Source of the DNA: a virus
Taxonomy: Duplodnaviria > Caudoviricetes
Strand: one strand, 5' to 3'
DNA length: 37,621 nt
IMG/VR virus record: IMGVR_UViG_3300037518_000033
Location: 1 to 37,621 of that record
Of this stretch, positions 27,401 through 36,067 are shown piece after piece. Positions within the stretch are counted from its first letter, which is position 1, and each line of letters begins with the position of its first letter. The notes under the pieces are model-generated. The model was given only the letters and a program-made list of their open reading frames with translations, had not been told where the DNA came from and did no database searches. The translations under genes were made by a program, and so were the position numbers.

Positions 27401-30279
27401 TTATACCACAAGGCCCTGCTGCTAATGTAACAGCTTTGACTTTGGAAGAGTTAGTTAATACACCCAAGACACCTGATGCTAACTTGAGTACTATTGTTGC
27501 ACGAGTTACACCTCCTGTTGATTCCGCGTACAGTCATTCTATAATCCGTTACAGAAAAGTGGGACAGTTTGAATTCGTAACACAAGGTAGAACAGGGACT
27601 GTTTCTGAAGACAGAGCCGACATAGTTGTTCCTTCAGACGGTATTCAGTACGAAGTTACCGCTACGAGTGTTAGTATATTTGGTGTATACAGTGAAGACT
27701 CGGTATCTACATTCATCACTGTATATGATGTGCGTAACGATCCTTTGAAAGAAGAGATTAAGATTCCCAACGTAAAAGGGTTGGAGATATTTGAGCAGGG
27801 GAATGATACAGAATTCGTAGGGCGTGATGTAGAATTTAATTGGCGAAACACCTCTGTTAATGAGTGGACACCTATCGGACAAGAACCGGGCCAAGGTGTA
27901 GACTTCGGTGGTTTGGATCAATACTTCCGTGATTATGAAATCCAGATGTTTGATGCTGCTGGTAATCTACTCAGCGTTCATTATTCTGCTATCAATACTT
28001 TCACGTATACTTACGAACAGAACCGTCAGGACTATAAGAAGCTCAATGGTGTAGAAGGGGCTAATAGGACTATACGAGCAGACGTAAGAATTCGTGGCAG
28101 GAATAATCAGTTCTCTGAGAAGTCCGCTAGGCTGACTGTGAGTAATCCTGCTCCGTCACTACCCACACTCATTCCTTACATTGGATTCACTACAGTTTCG
28201 TTTGGGTATACGCCACCTGCTGATAGAGATTTCGCAGGGGTTAAATTGTGGCTAAGTGATACCGAAGGATTTACTCCAGAGGATGAGGTGAACCTTGTAC
28301 ACCCACTTAGCCCTAGTACAGCTATTAGTGTTGATGGGCTGAATACAGAGTCAACTTATTATGTCGTCTATCAAGCATTTGATGACTTTGGTGAAGGCCC
28401 AACATCTGACGAGTTCAGCCTCACTACTAAGACTGCGTTAGAGTTTGAGGGGTTATCTGGATGGGCTTACGAGGTTGATCCTGCCGATAGAGCATTCATT
28501 GAAGAGAATCTTGCTGCTGACGCTATCCCTTCAACTAAGATTGAAAACCTTACCGTTGCTAAACTGACAGCGGGTGTTATCAATGCTACTGAGACAATCA
28601 CCACAGAGGGTTTGATTCGTGCTGTAGATGATATTAATGATATTGAACTTCAGGTGGGCATTGGGCCAGCGGTGATAGGCAGTGATGTCTACTTAATGTG
28701 GGCACACGATCCCGTTCTTGGTGTCATATTCGGAGTACAGGAAAACGGTGATGCCGAGTTAGGTAGTATCACAATAAATGCTACAGGTAATATTAGAGCA
28801 GGTAAAACAGGCTTCTCTGACTTCGTTAATGCTGGCTTCTGGATGGGGAATGAATCGGAAGTAGCTAAAGCTCATATTGGTAGCAGCTCTAATTATATCA
28901 CCTTCGACGGCACAGACTTAGTACTAGCTGTGGATAAACTCGGGGCTGGTGCTGCTAATGCTGGTGATAATAGTTTGGCGTTGGGGAGTGGGAGTAGTGC
29001 TAGTGGAGATAACTCTATGGCCATAGGTGTGGGATCAGAATCAGGTGCCCTTAATTCTATCTCAATAGGAAGAGACTCTTCGTCTAGTACCACAAACTCT
29101 ATTGCATTAGGAAGGAGTTCTAATGCTTCCGGCGATAACTCTATTTCGGCAGGTACTTCTGCTCAAAGTGTGGGGCTTGGTGCTATAGCCCTAGGTAACT
29201 CCACAGTAGCAAATGGCGGGGGAACTGTATCTATAGGTTACCTTAGTTCTACTGTTGCAAATATTTCCATAAGTATAGGAAACGGAGCGACTACTACAGG
29301 AGGCTCTTCAGTAACTATAGGGTCAGGTGCTAGCAGCAGTCAACTTAACGCAGTGTCAATAGGTGCAAGCTGCGCTGTTAATGGGTCAAACTCTATTTTA
29401 GTGGGTGCTGTATCAAACACGCAATCTAATAACACGGTTGTGTTAGGACAAGGTTCGTCTATTAGTACATCCTCGGATAATTCTATTGTAATAGGGAGAA
29501 ATGTAACTCTTGCCACAAGCAGACCCAATAGTATTGTGATGGGAGATTCTGCTGTAGGATTTACTAGCTCTGTTACTATTGGACAAAGCGCGAGTGCGGG
29601 ATCAACGGAGAGTGTTGTTATAGGGAAAGATGCAACTACGAGCTCTAATTCCGCAAACTCTGTCGTGATAGGGAGAAACGCAACACTCTCAGGCAGTGCT
29701 GCCAGTAGTGTTGTGATAGGGGATTCATCAACAGGTGGGTTTAATTCAGTTGCTCTTGGAAGAAATGCCTCTGCTGGAGGTAATCAGAGTACAGCGGTCG
29801 GTAGATCATCATCGTCTAGTGGTTCTGGAAGTACAGCTATTGGTAATCTGGCGAATGTAACAGGTTCATTATCATCTGCGTTCGGGGATTCTGCTACTGC
29901 TACGGCGAGTAATACCGCTGCGTTCGGGGCATTCTCTCAGGCGACTCACACCAATTCCACAGCCGTGGGACATGCTGCTGCTACAACAGCACAAGACCAA
30001 GTGGTACTCGGTACTGTTAACCGCCAAGTAGTAATCCCCGGCACAATGATCCTAAATGGCGGCGCTAATAACACAACAGGTTCCTACGCATTCCTTCACA
30101 GAGTGACAAACTCAGTAGCTCTCCCCGGCGCAACAGTAGCGGGTTCTGATCTAAGGTACACAGCTGCATTTGGTGCACCTCTCGCCTCACCTGTCCCCAC
30201 AGGTTCATGGCGGTGTATGGGACGAAGTGATACAGGTGGCAACGAAAATAGAACAACTCTATGGGTAAAAATAGCATGA
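24445..30279 (+). CDS. Tail tip / host-specificity protein (gpJ-like) fused to YadA-like beta-roll repeats and a tail-fibre C-terminal knob
   Basis: Y.PLPVVLGKHRV.P, ENPA, FTPKNSWGF, RGDLVRV, FN3-like segments, KI.NL.VAKLTAG, about 25 (S/A)xxIG repeats, and terminal GSWRCMG...TLWVKIA. Confidence 0.88.
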   Translation: MIRVSVQKTLLHSPSFYNRGESEVLLSDLVAEYLDAPDNLCVVVVDDVFVSPEQFSNTVIESGDIVYLSVRQEFEVAWYVWVLYAGLAYVGYTQYEMEIPDTGEGANEKQVRINGMRNIPRKYEPLPVVLGKHRVSPDWLAEPYVETVGEEQYYNLLLCGGYGPQELEDFRIGDTEVGDYDNVNITFTGSSNLFGIPYLVGSAQTSTYVRSVQTVSNQLLRRAWPNDITQERVNVELAEDAPITRTTQASVAAISLDFNNPAGLLLVSDERQRNTGYWLDITATETDTTDAFKVTQVIEFDSTSSTRYGAYTGNVYRDIITGDFYLCKFGFGMNGRVTDGISGATAGYHALRGTDITTYSVPSTGAETIAIPAGQIKRYSPEEGTISISADWAEAPIVKYPVADKTKKPFRVSVKHDFYDDDTLKTYDVSVEIRKVNGADAVAETNTLALSCFWELFTGNTPLDTSGWLELVGNNKPEKIINDSGDKEQVLKPVVVAVRIKASNQLSGMLDKLNYRATSMVPVDWNSDWREITTLDDEDLKTTENPADIYRLFLQAPFNAVALPNDKIDLDGLLAWRDFCDLGGGTVEDGFAPFRTSGLLREKSTLLKELNKIAFTGRAQFSFVDGKYGVAIKELQDTPVQQFTPKNSWGFSSARSFPEDNDGIKYEFRNEDVNYEQDEGIFLNPDKIEAQRKGLYSSVDLPYVADADLATRHARFGYFENRLRREVYSLETDIEGLKCTRGDLVRVQNDIIDVGLNSGRVTSSAGTTFFLDETDQLVAGNTYGISTRGVNTLSSGTARYEGGQEWTVLTGSNPAVDDLIAYGTAGIETLECIVTEVTYGNDLAAKLTLVNHATSLFTIDDGSLPTYETNLTPRIAYKRPGAPSLILPSTPAEFATGVARIRFISNSDQDSPIKFFSLEAVSSTVNPDEAIDDNQLPNPWKVIGVTTAAEAFVDIELGLDNFWKLRGRAVGENDLYSPYSDVENLLIPQGPAANVTALTLEELVNTPKTPDANLSTIVARVTPPVDSAYSHSIIRYRKVGQFEFVTQGRTGTVSEDRADIVVPSDGIQYEVTATSVSIFGVYSEDSVSTFITVYDVRNDPLKEEIKIPNVKGLEIFEQGNDTEFVGRDVEFNWRNTSVNEWTPIGQEPGQGVDFGGLDQYFRDYEIQMFDAAGNLLSVHYSAINTFTYTYEQNRQDYKKLNGVEGANRTIRADVRIRGRNNQFSEKSARLTVSNPAPSLPTLIPYIGFTTVSFGYTPPADRDFAGVKLWLSDTEGFTPEDEVNLVHPLSPSTAISVDGLNTESTYYVVYQAFDDFGEGPTSDEFSLTTKTALEFEGLSGWAYEVDPADRAFIEENLAADAIPSTKIENLTVAKLTAGVINATETITTEGLIRAVDDINDIELQVGIGPAVIGSDVYLMWAHDPVLGVIFGVQENGDAELGSITINATGNIRAGKTGFSDFVNAGFWMGNESEVAKAHIGSSSNYITFDGTDLVLAVDKLGAGAANAGDNSLALGSGSSASGDNSMAIGVGSESGALNSISIGRDSSSSTTNSIALGRSSNASGDNSISAGTSAQSVGLGAIALGNSTVANGGGTVSIGYLSSTVANISISIGNGATTTGGSSVTIGSGASSSQLNAVSIGASCAVNGSNSILVGAVSNTQSNNTVVLGQGSSISTSSDNSIVIGRNVTLATSRPNSIVMGDSAVGFTSSVTIGQSASAGSTESVVIGKDATTSSNSANSVVIGRNATLSGSAASSVVIGDSSTGGFNSVALGRNASAGGNQSTAVGRSSSSSGSGSTAIGNLANVTGSLSSAFGDSATATASNTAAFGAFSQATHTNSTAVGHAAATTAQDQVVLGTVNRQVVIPGTMILNGGANNTTGSYAFLHRVTNSVALPGATVAGSDLRYTAAFGAPLASPVPTGSWRCMGRSDTGGNENRTTLWVKIA
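28939..30012 (+). repeat. About 25 YadA-head-like 13-16 aa repeats
   Basis: For example LGSGSSASGDNSMA / IGVGSESGALNSIS / IGRDSSSSTTNSIA, ending in a neck-like AQDQVVLG...RQV. Confidence 0.85.
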
Positions 30280-30854
30280 ATATACGTAACGCTAAAAGGA
30301 TATCCCCCACTACCCTCGACTGTGAAATTGAGCACTATGAACTGGGCTGGATTCCTTATACAGCCTCAGAGGAAGATGAAGAAACACTGATAGTCTACGC
30401 TCGTATTCTCAACGGAGAAGCCGGGGAAATAGAGGACGCACAAGAGCCTACAGGGGTGATATTAGCTCGATTAAAGGAGCAGGCATACGCTGACATAGAC
30501 GCAACTGCAACAAGGGCTAGACGCCGCTATACGTCCCCTGAGAAGGATGCTACATACACTCTGAAAGATGCTGAGATGAGGCGTTGGGTGGAAGATGGTA
30601 GACCAGAAGAAGTGGAGGCTGGGATGTATCCATACATCGAGCGTGAAGCATTCTATACATCTTCTACTATCACAGATATAGGAACGCTCATAGAAACTAT
30701 GGCTAATCAATGGAAGATGCTTGATCCAGAGATTGAAGGAATATGTCGTGGCGGGAAAGTGGGTGCGAAAGCTATAGATATCGCTGACGAAGATGCTGAA
30801 CAACAGATTATGAGTATATGGCAGCAGACAGTCAATATGCTGGACAGTCTGTGA
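30276..30854 (+). CDS. Tail fibre assembly chaperone
   Basis: IRNAK.....LDCEIEH...GWIPYTAS motif; ATGA coupling to the tail tip gene. Confidence 0.75.
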   Translation: MNIRNAKRISPTTLDCEIEHYELGWIPYTASEEDEETLIVYARILNGEAGEIEDAQEPTGVILARLKEQAYADIDATATRARRRYTSPEKDATYTLKDAEMRRWVEDGRPEEVEAGMYPYIEREAFYTSSTITDIGTLIETMANQWKMLDPEIEGICRGGKVGAKAIDIADEDAEQQIMSIWQQTVNMLDSL

Positions 30855-30912
30855 ACGAATTGATCACACGTTGCTCTAACAACACATTTGAATATGAATA
30901 GGAATATATAGT

Positions 30913-33249
30913 ATGGCTCAATATACAACTGGGACTGTGGACGTGACCAATGGGTCTGCTACGGTGCTTGGGACGGGGACAGAGTGGCTCACAGAAGCAG
31001 AAGTAGGGGATTCGTTTGCGGTATTAAACGAAGGCGTCCTTTATGATATTGCTGCTGTTACATCTGATACCGAGATACAGTTGTCTGCTCCTTATGCTGG
31101 TGTTACATCAGAGGATATAAGCTATATTATTCAGAGGGATTTTACAGCTAATACCAATCTTCCAGAACTCTCTCGGGGGGCGTTGGAAACAGCCGCTGTA
31201 TTTACTAGAGCCATGCGTCAGATTGACACAGGATTTGGTGACATATTCAACAGAACAGATTATGGCGATGCTGCACTAAACCTAGAGACAGAAAACGAAG
31301 CGTCCTTCGCTAGATATAATGATGATGGTACTATTACATTACGTAGTGCGGGGGATTTTAGGGGGGATATTAATGTCGAAGACGGTGCAACAGCAAACCA
31401 AACAGATGCTTTTCTTCTAGCAAGGAGTAACCATACTGGGACACAACCTGTAAGCACTCTCTCAGACGCAGGCACAGCAGCCACAGCAAACGTCACTACG
31501 ACCCCCACAGGCAACCCCTCAGGCTCAGTATGGCGCACTAATGATTTGGTTAAGACTACGGGTCCTACGGATTTAACAGAAGGTAGTGTGTTGATAGTTG
31601 GAGGGGCAGTAACCCCCCTCGCTTCCATCTATGACTTCTACGCCCTGCGCACTCAGGTCGCCTCACTTGCTGAGGGCCAACGCTTCGACACAACCGGCTA
31701 CCACCCCGCTACCGAAGTCGGGGGCGGCGGTTTTGTTTGGAAGCCGGATGAGCCCAAAGCCAATCACAATGGCGGTACGATTCACTCCCCCACGGTGCCT
31801 AGCCCTGACCTACAAGCTGGGGCGGATTTGTCGGAGCAGTTGGCGGCTTATATTGATGGGACTGGGGAGGAAGAGCCGGGTGGGAGCGGGTGTTTGGTGC
31901 GAGGCGGGGATATTCTGGCACAGCCAATATGGAGCTTTGGGGCGCACGACACCCTGTCGGACAACCTGTCTCCAATCCAAAAGGCGCTTGATCTATTAAA
32001 CTACGTCTCAATACCACCCAAGACATTTAAAATATTAGGCAACCTCAACGTATCCCGACGGGATCAGCGCGTTTACGGATTTGGGCTGAAGTCCGTAATT
32101 CAGCAGGATCAGTCAAATACCAATATATTCACCCTGGTTTCAGGTGTCTCTGCAGGAGTTCAGATTGGGCACATGCTGCTGGTCGGCAGCTCATCCGCCA
32201 GCTTTGCAACTGGCGGAATTGCTATTGATACGCGTCACGCTGGTGATTTGCGATTTACCGGGGTAACCGTGTCTGGGATGTTTTCTGGCTGGTATATCGA
32301 TACCAGGACACTTGTAACAACATCTGACGTGTGGCTGTTCCAGTGCAAGGCGTTCAACTGCAAATCGGCTGGCTTCGATGTCAACAACGGGACTCAAATA
32401 TATCTTGAGAAGTGTGACGCCATCTCCTGCGAGCGAGGCTTCCGGTTTACTGATGGGTCTGCATACCACATGCTTGACTGCCTGTCTTTGTCCAACACGA
32501 CCCACGGAGTCCAGTTTACCGGCACAAATATTGATTGGGTTTGGCTCAACCAGGTTGAGAGTGACGCCAACGGGGTCGATGGCTTCCGGTTCACCAATTG
32601 CCGGGGAGTCCACATGGCCCAATGCTGGGCGGGAACATCTGGAGCCATAGGGTTTAACATGGTTTCCGGCAACAGGCAGTTCGAGGCGACCACATGCACC
32701 AGCCGATCCAATCAACAGCACGGCTGGTTCCTGTCAGGGATAGAGGGGTTCTTCGCGTCCGATTGTAATGGCAGAGAAAACAATAAGGCGGTTGGCGATA
32801 ACAGCGGGTTCTTCATCGGCACTGGCGGCTCAAGCATTCATCTGACAAATTGCGACGCCAGCAATTTAACCGGGTCGTCGCAAACCCGTGGCATACACAT
32901 ATCCGGGGCATCAACGGAGGTGCATGTGCTTGGCGGCAGAACTATAGGCAACGCCACCGAGCAGATATCGATACCCACCACTGGCGTGTGGAGCGTTCGC
33001 GGGGTCGAGGGGTTCAAGACACGCGCATCAGGATCCGCAACCGTTGCGGATGGGACCGGCTCTACGGCGGTATCGCACGGTCTTGCTCGCACACCAACAT
33101 GTGTGCAGCTGACGCCCAGGGACGACCTTGGTTCGTTGAGGGCATGGGCAGCGGCAGCGGGGGCGTCAACCTTTACCGCCCAGCTGAACACAACGACGTC
33201 TGGAAACAAATCGTTTTTCTGGGAAGCCTCGGCGGAGACATCCGCATGA
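30913..33249 (+). CDS. Tailspike / side fibre with right-handed beta-helix (probable polysaccharide depolymerase)
   Basis: N-terminal anchor YTTGTVDVTNGS..V.GTGT.W, LLARSNHTGTQ, GYH...GGG.F.W...NGGTI, FGA...DN...IQKALD, followed by N/C-laddered repeats. Confidence 0.82.
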   Translation: MAQYTTGTVDVTNGSATVLGTGTEWLTEAEVGDSFAVLNEGVLYDIAAVTSDTEIQLSAPYAGVTSEDISYIIQRDFTANTNLPELSRGALETAAVFTRAMRQIDTGFGDIFNRTDYGDAALNLETENEASFARYNDDGTITLRSAGDFRGDINVEDGATANQTDAFLLARSNHTGTQPVSTLSDAGTAATANVTTTPTGNPSGSVWRTNDLVKTTGPTDLTEGSVLIVGGAVTPLASIYDFYALRTQVASLAEGQRFDTTGYHPATEVGGGGFVWKPDEPKANHNGGTIHSPTVPSPDLQAGADLSEQLAAYIDGTGEEEPGGSGCLVRGGDILAQPIWSFGAHDTLSDNLSPIQKALDLLNYVSIPPKTFKILGNLNVSRRDQRVYGFGLKSVIQQDQSNTNIFTLVSGVSAGVQIGHMLLVGSSSASFATGGIAIDTRHAGDLRFTGVTVSGMFSGWYIDTRTLVTTSDVWLFQCKAFNCKSAGFDVNNGTQIYLEKCDAISCERGFRFTDGSAYHMLDCLSLSNTTHGVQFTGTNIDWVWLNQVESDANGVDGFRFTNCRGVHMAQCWAGTSGAIGFNMVSGNRQFEATTCTSRSNQQHGWFLSGIEGFFASDCNGRENNKAVGDNSGFFIGTGGSSIHLTNCDASNLTGSSQTRGIHISGASTEVHVLGGRTIGNATEQISIPTTGVWSVRGVEGFKTRASGSATVADGTGSTAVSHGLARTPTCVQLTPRDDLGSLRAWAAAAGASTFTAQLNTTTSGNKSFFWEASAETSA

Positions 33250-33481
33250 CCTGGTACAGCAACTCCCCAATCGCCCGCTTCCTACTCTGGGGCCACAGAT
33301 AAACGTATCGACTTTTACGCAGAATATATTGCTGAAAACTATTTCCTGCCGAAGCGTTACACTGAGGAATTAGCGAAGGAGCGTATCCTTTATCATCTAA
33401 ATGGTGAGTAATAATACACCAACAGTTGTCTAAGATTAACTCTTACATTTGTGCAGCGGGATGTTTGTGCAGGAAACCAAT

Positions 33482-33922
33482 ATGACATATCTGATTTATG
33501 AGACTCCCATGACCGAGAATGCGCCTCCCGATCAAGCTAAAGACGTACCTATGTTTATCCTCAAGGATTTAAGCGAACGTGTGCGCAACATTGAAACTAA
33601 TATTCCCCCTAGAGTGCAGGAGGTGGAAGGTGCTGTGAAAGAGATACGAGATGACCTCCGAGAGCTTAATCTCGAAACTAAGGAAGCCTCTAAGAAGAAT
33701 GAAGAGAGTATTAGAGAATTATCTTACCAGCTTCAAACTAGCACACAATCTCTAGCTGATAAGCACTCACATGACTTTCAACTACTAGGCGCTCAGTTTG
33801 CGGCAGTAGGGCGCAAGATTGCATTTGTCGCCGGTATATGGACTACCATAGTTACTACAGCAGGTATCACTGTTGCATACCACAAAGAAATTATTGCTGT
33901 GCTATCAGCCTTCGGGAGTTAA
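33482..33922 (+). CDS. Coiled-coil protein with C-terminal TM helix (holin/antiholin-like)
   Basis: Heptad-rich N-terminus and hydrophobic C-terminus, directly before the endolysin candidate. Start uncertain (33482 or 33509). Confidence 0.55.
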   Translation: MTYLIYETPMTENAPPDQAKDVPMFILKDLSERVRNIETNIPPRVQEVEGAVKEIRDDLRELNLETKEASKKNEESIRELSYQLQTSTQSLADKHSHDFQLLGAQFAAVGRKIAFVAGIWTTIVTTAGITVAYHKEIIAVLSAFGS

Positions 33923-33937
33923 ACTCAGGAGTTTCCT

Positions 33938-34357
33938 ATGCTTGACTTAAAACGATCACAGATGCCCGATGGTAGTTGTACATTAGGTAAACTCACTACT
34001 CCTTCTGGGTGGTCATGTTATACCATAGAGAAAGCATGGAAGCATAATGAGAGAGCTAAGAGCTGTATTCCTGATGGCTGGTACAAAATGATTCTACGGG
34101 AATCCCCTGTAGTACATCGTACCAGTAAAGGTGAGCATAGATTTGGATGGGAGATTACCAACGTAGTTGATAGAACATTCATTATGTTCCATGTAGCCAA
34201 TTGGGAATCAGATTTAGATGGCTGCATAGGTGTGGGATCAGGATTAGCATGGACAGCAGATAAAGGATTCATGGTGACACACAGTTTAAATACATTCAGA
34301 GCATTCATGCAAGAATTGTCTGGTAAGAAAGAACATGTTATTAATATTCATTCATAA
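33938..34357 (+). CDS. DUF5675-family protein, putative endolysin
   Basis: L.R.....TLG.L, CYTIE..W..N....SCIP.G.Y, V..RTFI.FH.AN...D..GCI.VG and S..TF; AGGAG RBS. Confidence 0.75.
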   Translation: MLDLKRSQMPDGSCTLGKLTTPSGWSCYTIEKAWKHNERAKSCIPDGWYKMILRESPVVHRTSKGEHRFGWEITNVVDRTFIMFHVANWESDLDGCIGVGSGLAWTADKGFMVTHSLNTFRAFMQELSGKKEHVINIHS

Positions 34358-34375
34358 CTCGTCACGGAGCCTATA

Positions 34376-34660
34376 ATGGCTGATACATCGCAAGACGTTA
34401 CAGTACCCAAGGGGTGGGTAGATGCTTTCACTCTCACTGGCATAACTTCTACAGCAGCTTTGAACATTGTCAACAAAGCGGTAATGACGGAAGTGGTGAT
34501 GCAGATTACTGCTGACCAACCTTCTAATAATGATTACAGCGGAATCACTCTGACTACTCAAAATAAACCCTATGCTAGTGTCACTACAGATATTCTATCC
34601 AGCGGAGTTTGGCTTAGGTCAAAAGGTGAACCCGTTATTGTTAACATAAGTGAAGTATAG
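34376..34660 (+). CDS. Hypothetical beta-rich protein
   Basis: 94-aa ORF; GGAG RBS. Confidence 0.7.
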   Translation: MADTSQDVTVPKGWVDAFTLTGITSTAALNIVNKAVMTEVVMQITADQPSNNDYSGITLTTQNKPYASVTTDILSSGVWLRSKGEPVIVNISEV

Positions 34661-34662
34661 TC

Positions 34663-35262
34663 ATGGGATATTCATATGGTAGCGGCATACTAAGTTGGTT
34701 CACTCGTAGGTTATTAACCTCGGGAGATTATGATTCAGCCAGATTGAAGACAGATAACACGCGCACGGGTTTTGATGAAGGTAGACAGTTCAGGACTTTC
34801 CATGAGTATAATATTGCGTCAGGCACTAGCCAGTGGATTCGAGCCACTGTTACTGATGACATTATTCTACTGAATACCTCTGTATCCCTAGATATCTCCA
34901 GACTGCGGCTAACCCTCTGGGTAGGTGGTACACCTCAAGGAACATGGGATACACCAGTCCCTACTATCCCTAAGAATACAATGGCGAGAGCGCCTGTACA
35001 CACCTCCTTTGTCAGCCTAGACGCTGGAGGTAGTTTGGTACTTACCGGAGACGAAACAACTAATCCAGCAGGCGCTATACAATTAGATATTGCCAGACTT
35101 ATATCAGAATCCCAAGGGAACAATGCAAATACTGTTGGTGGTCAAATAGCAGATGAGCGTGGAGTTGGTGCAAATGTCTACTATTACCGCCTACAGAATA
35201 TTGATGGTGCAACAGCCGAAGGTGTCTTTTCAGCAGACTGGGAAAACCAGTTACCCGTATAA
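34663..35262 (+). CDS. Hypothetical beta-rich protein (possible virion accessory protein)
   Basis: 199-aa Thr/Gly-rich ORF starting 2 nt after the previous stop. Confidence 0.7.
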   Translation: MGYSYGSGILSWFTRRLLTSGDYDSARLKTDNTRTGFDEGRQFRTFHEYNIASGTSQWIRATVTDDIILLNTSVSLDISRLRLTLWVGGTPQGTWDTPVPTIPKNTMARAPVHTSFVSLDAGGSLVLTGDETTNPAGAIQLDIARLISESQGNNANTVGGQIADERGVGANVYYYRLQNIDGATAEGVFSADWENQLPV

Positions 35263-35294
35263 CTAATATACATTCATAATTTGAGGATTTACAA

Positions 35295-35642
35295 ATGATT
35301 GACTTTACTCCTATCGCCAGTATTCTGGTAGAAATTCTAGTTGTAGTGTTAGGTGTACTAGGCTCCTACCTGATCTACAAGGTTAAGAAACACTTTGATA
35401 TCACCGATAATGGTGTCCTGAATGATCTGCTGAATGAAGCTGTCACTCGTGGTGTTGATTACGCTGAAGTTAAACTACGTCAAGCGGGTAAGAGTGTTAC
35501 AGTAGAGACTTCCAATGAGGCTGTAGCGACTGCTGCCAACTATATTATTAAAGGTGTTCCCAAAGCTATTGCTCAGTTTGGTTTGACAGAAGAACGTATC
35601 AAAGAGATTGTGGAGAGTCGTCTTAACGAGAAGTTGAAATGA
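35295..35642 (+). CDS. Holin (LL-H-like, single N-terminal TM)
   Basis: N-terminal TM, AV..GV.YAE and charged C-terminus; GAGG RBS; directly upstream of the spanins. Confidence 0.65.
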   Translation: MIDFTPIASILVEILVVVLGVLGSYLIYKVKKHFDITDNGVLNDLLNEAVTRGVDYAEVKLRQAGKSVTVETSNEAVATAANYIIKGVPKAIAQFGLTEERIKEIVESRLNEKLK

Positions 35643-35815
35643 AAAGTTGGGCAGTCTTAATCACAAAACTGATTCTTCTGTTTGAATCCCTGTATAAAGA
35701 GTACAAGCAACATGAGCGTCAGAAAGCCATTGATAAGGTGTATGATAATCCCACTGATGCTTGGGATGCTCGCTTCGGGGTGCAGCCTAGGGATGATTCA
35801 GAGGCAGACAAATAA
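35639..35815 (+). CDS. Putative i-spanin (Rz-like), 58 aa
   Basis: Hand-translated MKSWAVLITKLILLFESLYKEYKQHERQKAIDKV...; ATGA-coupled to the holin and overlapping the lipoprotein gene. Confidence 0.55.
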   Translation: MKSWAVLITKLILLFESLYKEYKQHERQKAIDKVYDNPTDAWDARFGVQPRDDSEADK

Positions 35816-35933
35816 CTGCCCTCCTATTGTTCCTAGATTACCTGTTAACAATGAGCATAAGCAGGTAGTGCTGGAAGCGAAGGATCAGGCAGAGTTGCTT
35901 AGCTACTTCATACAAGTGGAATCCTGCTTCTAG
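35712..35933 (+). CDS. Putative o-spanin lipoprotein (Rz1-like)
   Basis: MSVRKPLIRCMIIPLMLGMLASG-C lipobox, Pro-rich CPPIVPRLP, in the +1 frame overlapping the i-spanin. Confidence 0.65.
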   Translation: MSVRKPLIRCMIIPLMLGMLASGCSLGMIQRQTNNCPPIVPRLPVNNEHKQVVLEAKDQAELLSYFIQVESCF

Positions 35934-36067
35934 CAATCTTCTATCATGTTTCTAACCCACCTCTAATCCTGCTTCTAAGCATGAACTAAGTAATAATAAT
36001 TAGGTCATATCTCCCGTGACATTATGATCCTCCTCTAGTCACACAGCGTAACCGCAATGGTTACATT

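Noticed and set aside
28939-33249. Diversity-generating retroelement or invertible fibre cassette
   Set aside because: No reverse transcriptase, invertase or template/variable repeat pair was seen in the window.
31631-33302. Cluster of alternative-frame ORFs inside the tailspike
   Set aside because: Explained by locally high GC and scarce stop codons.
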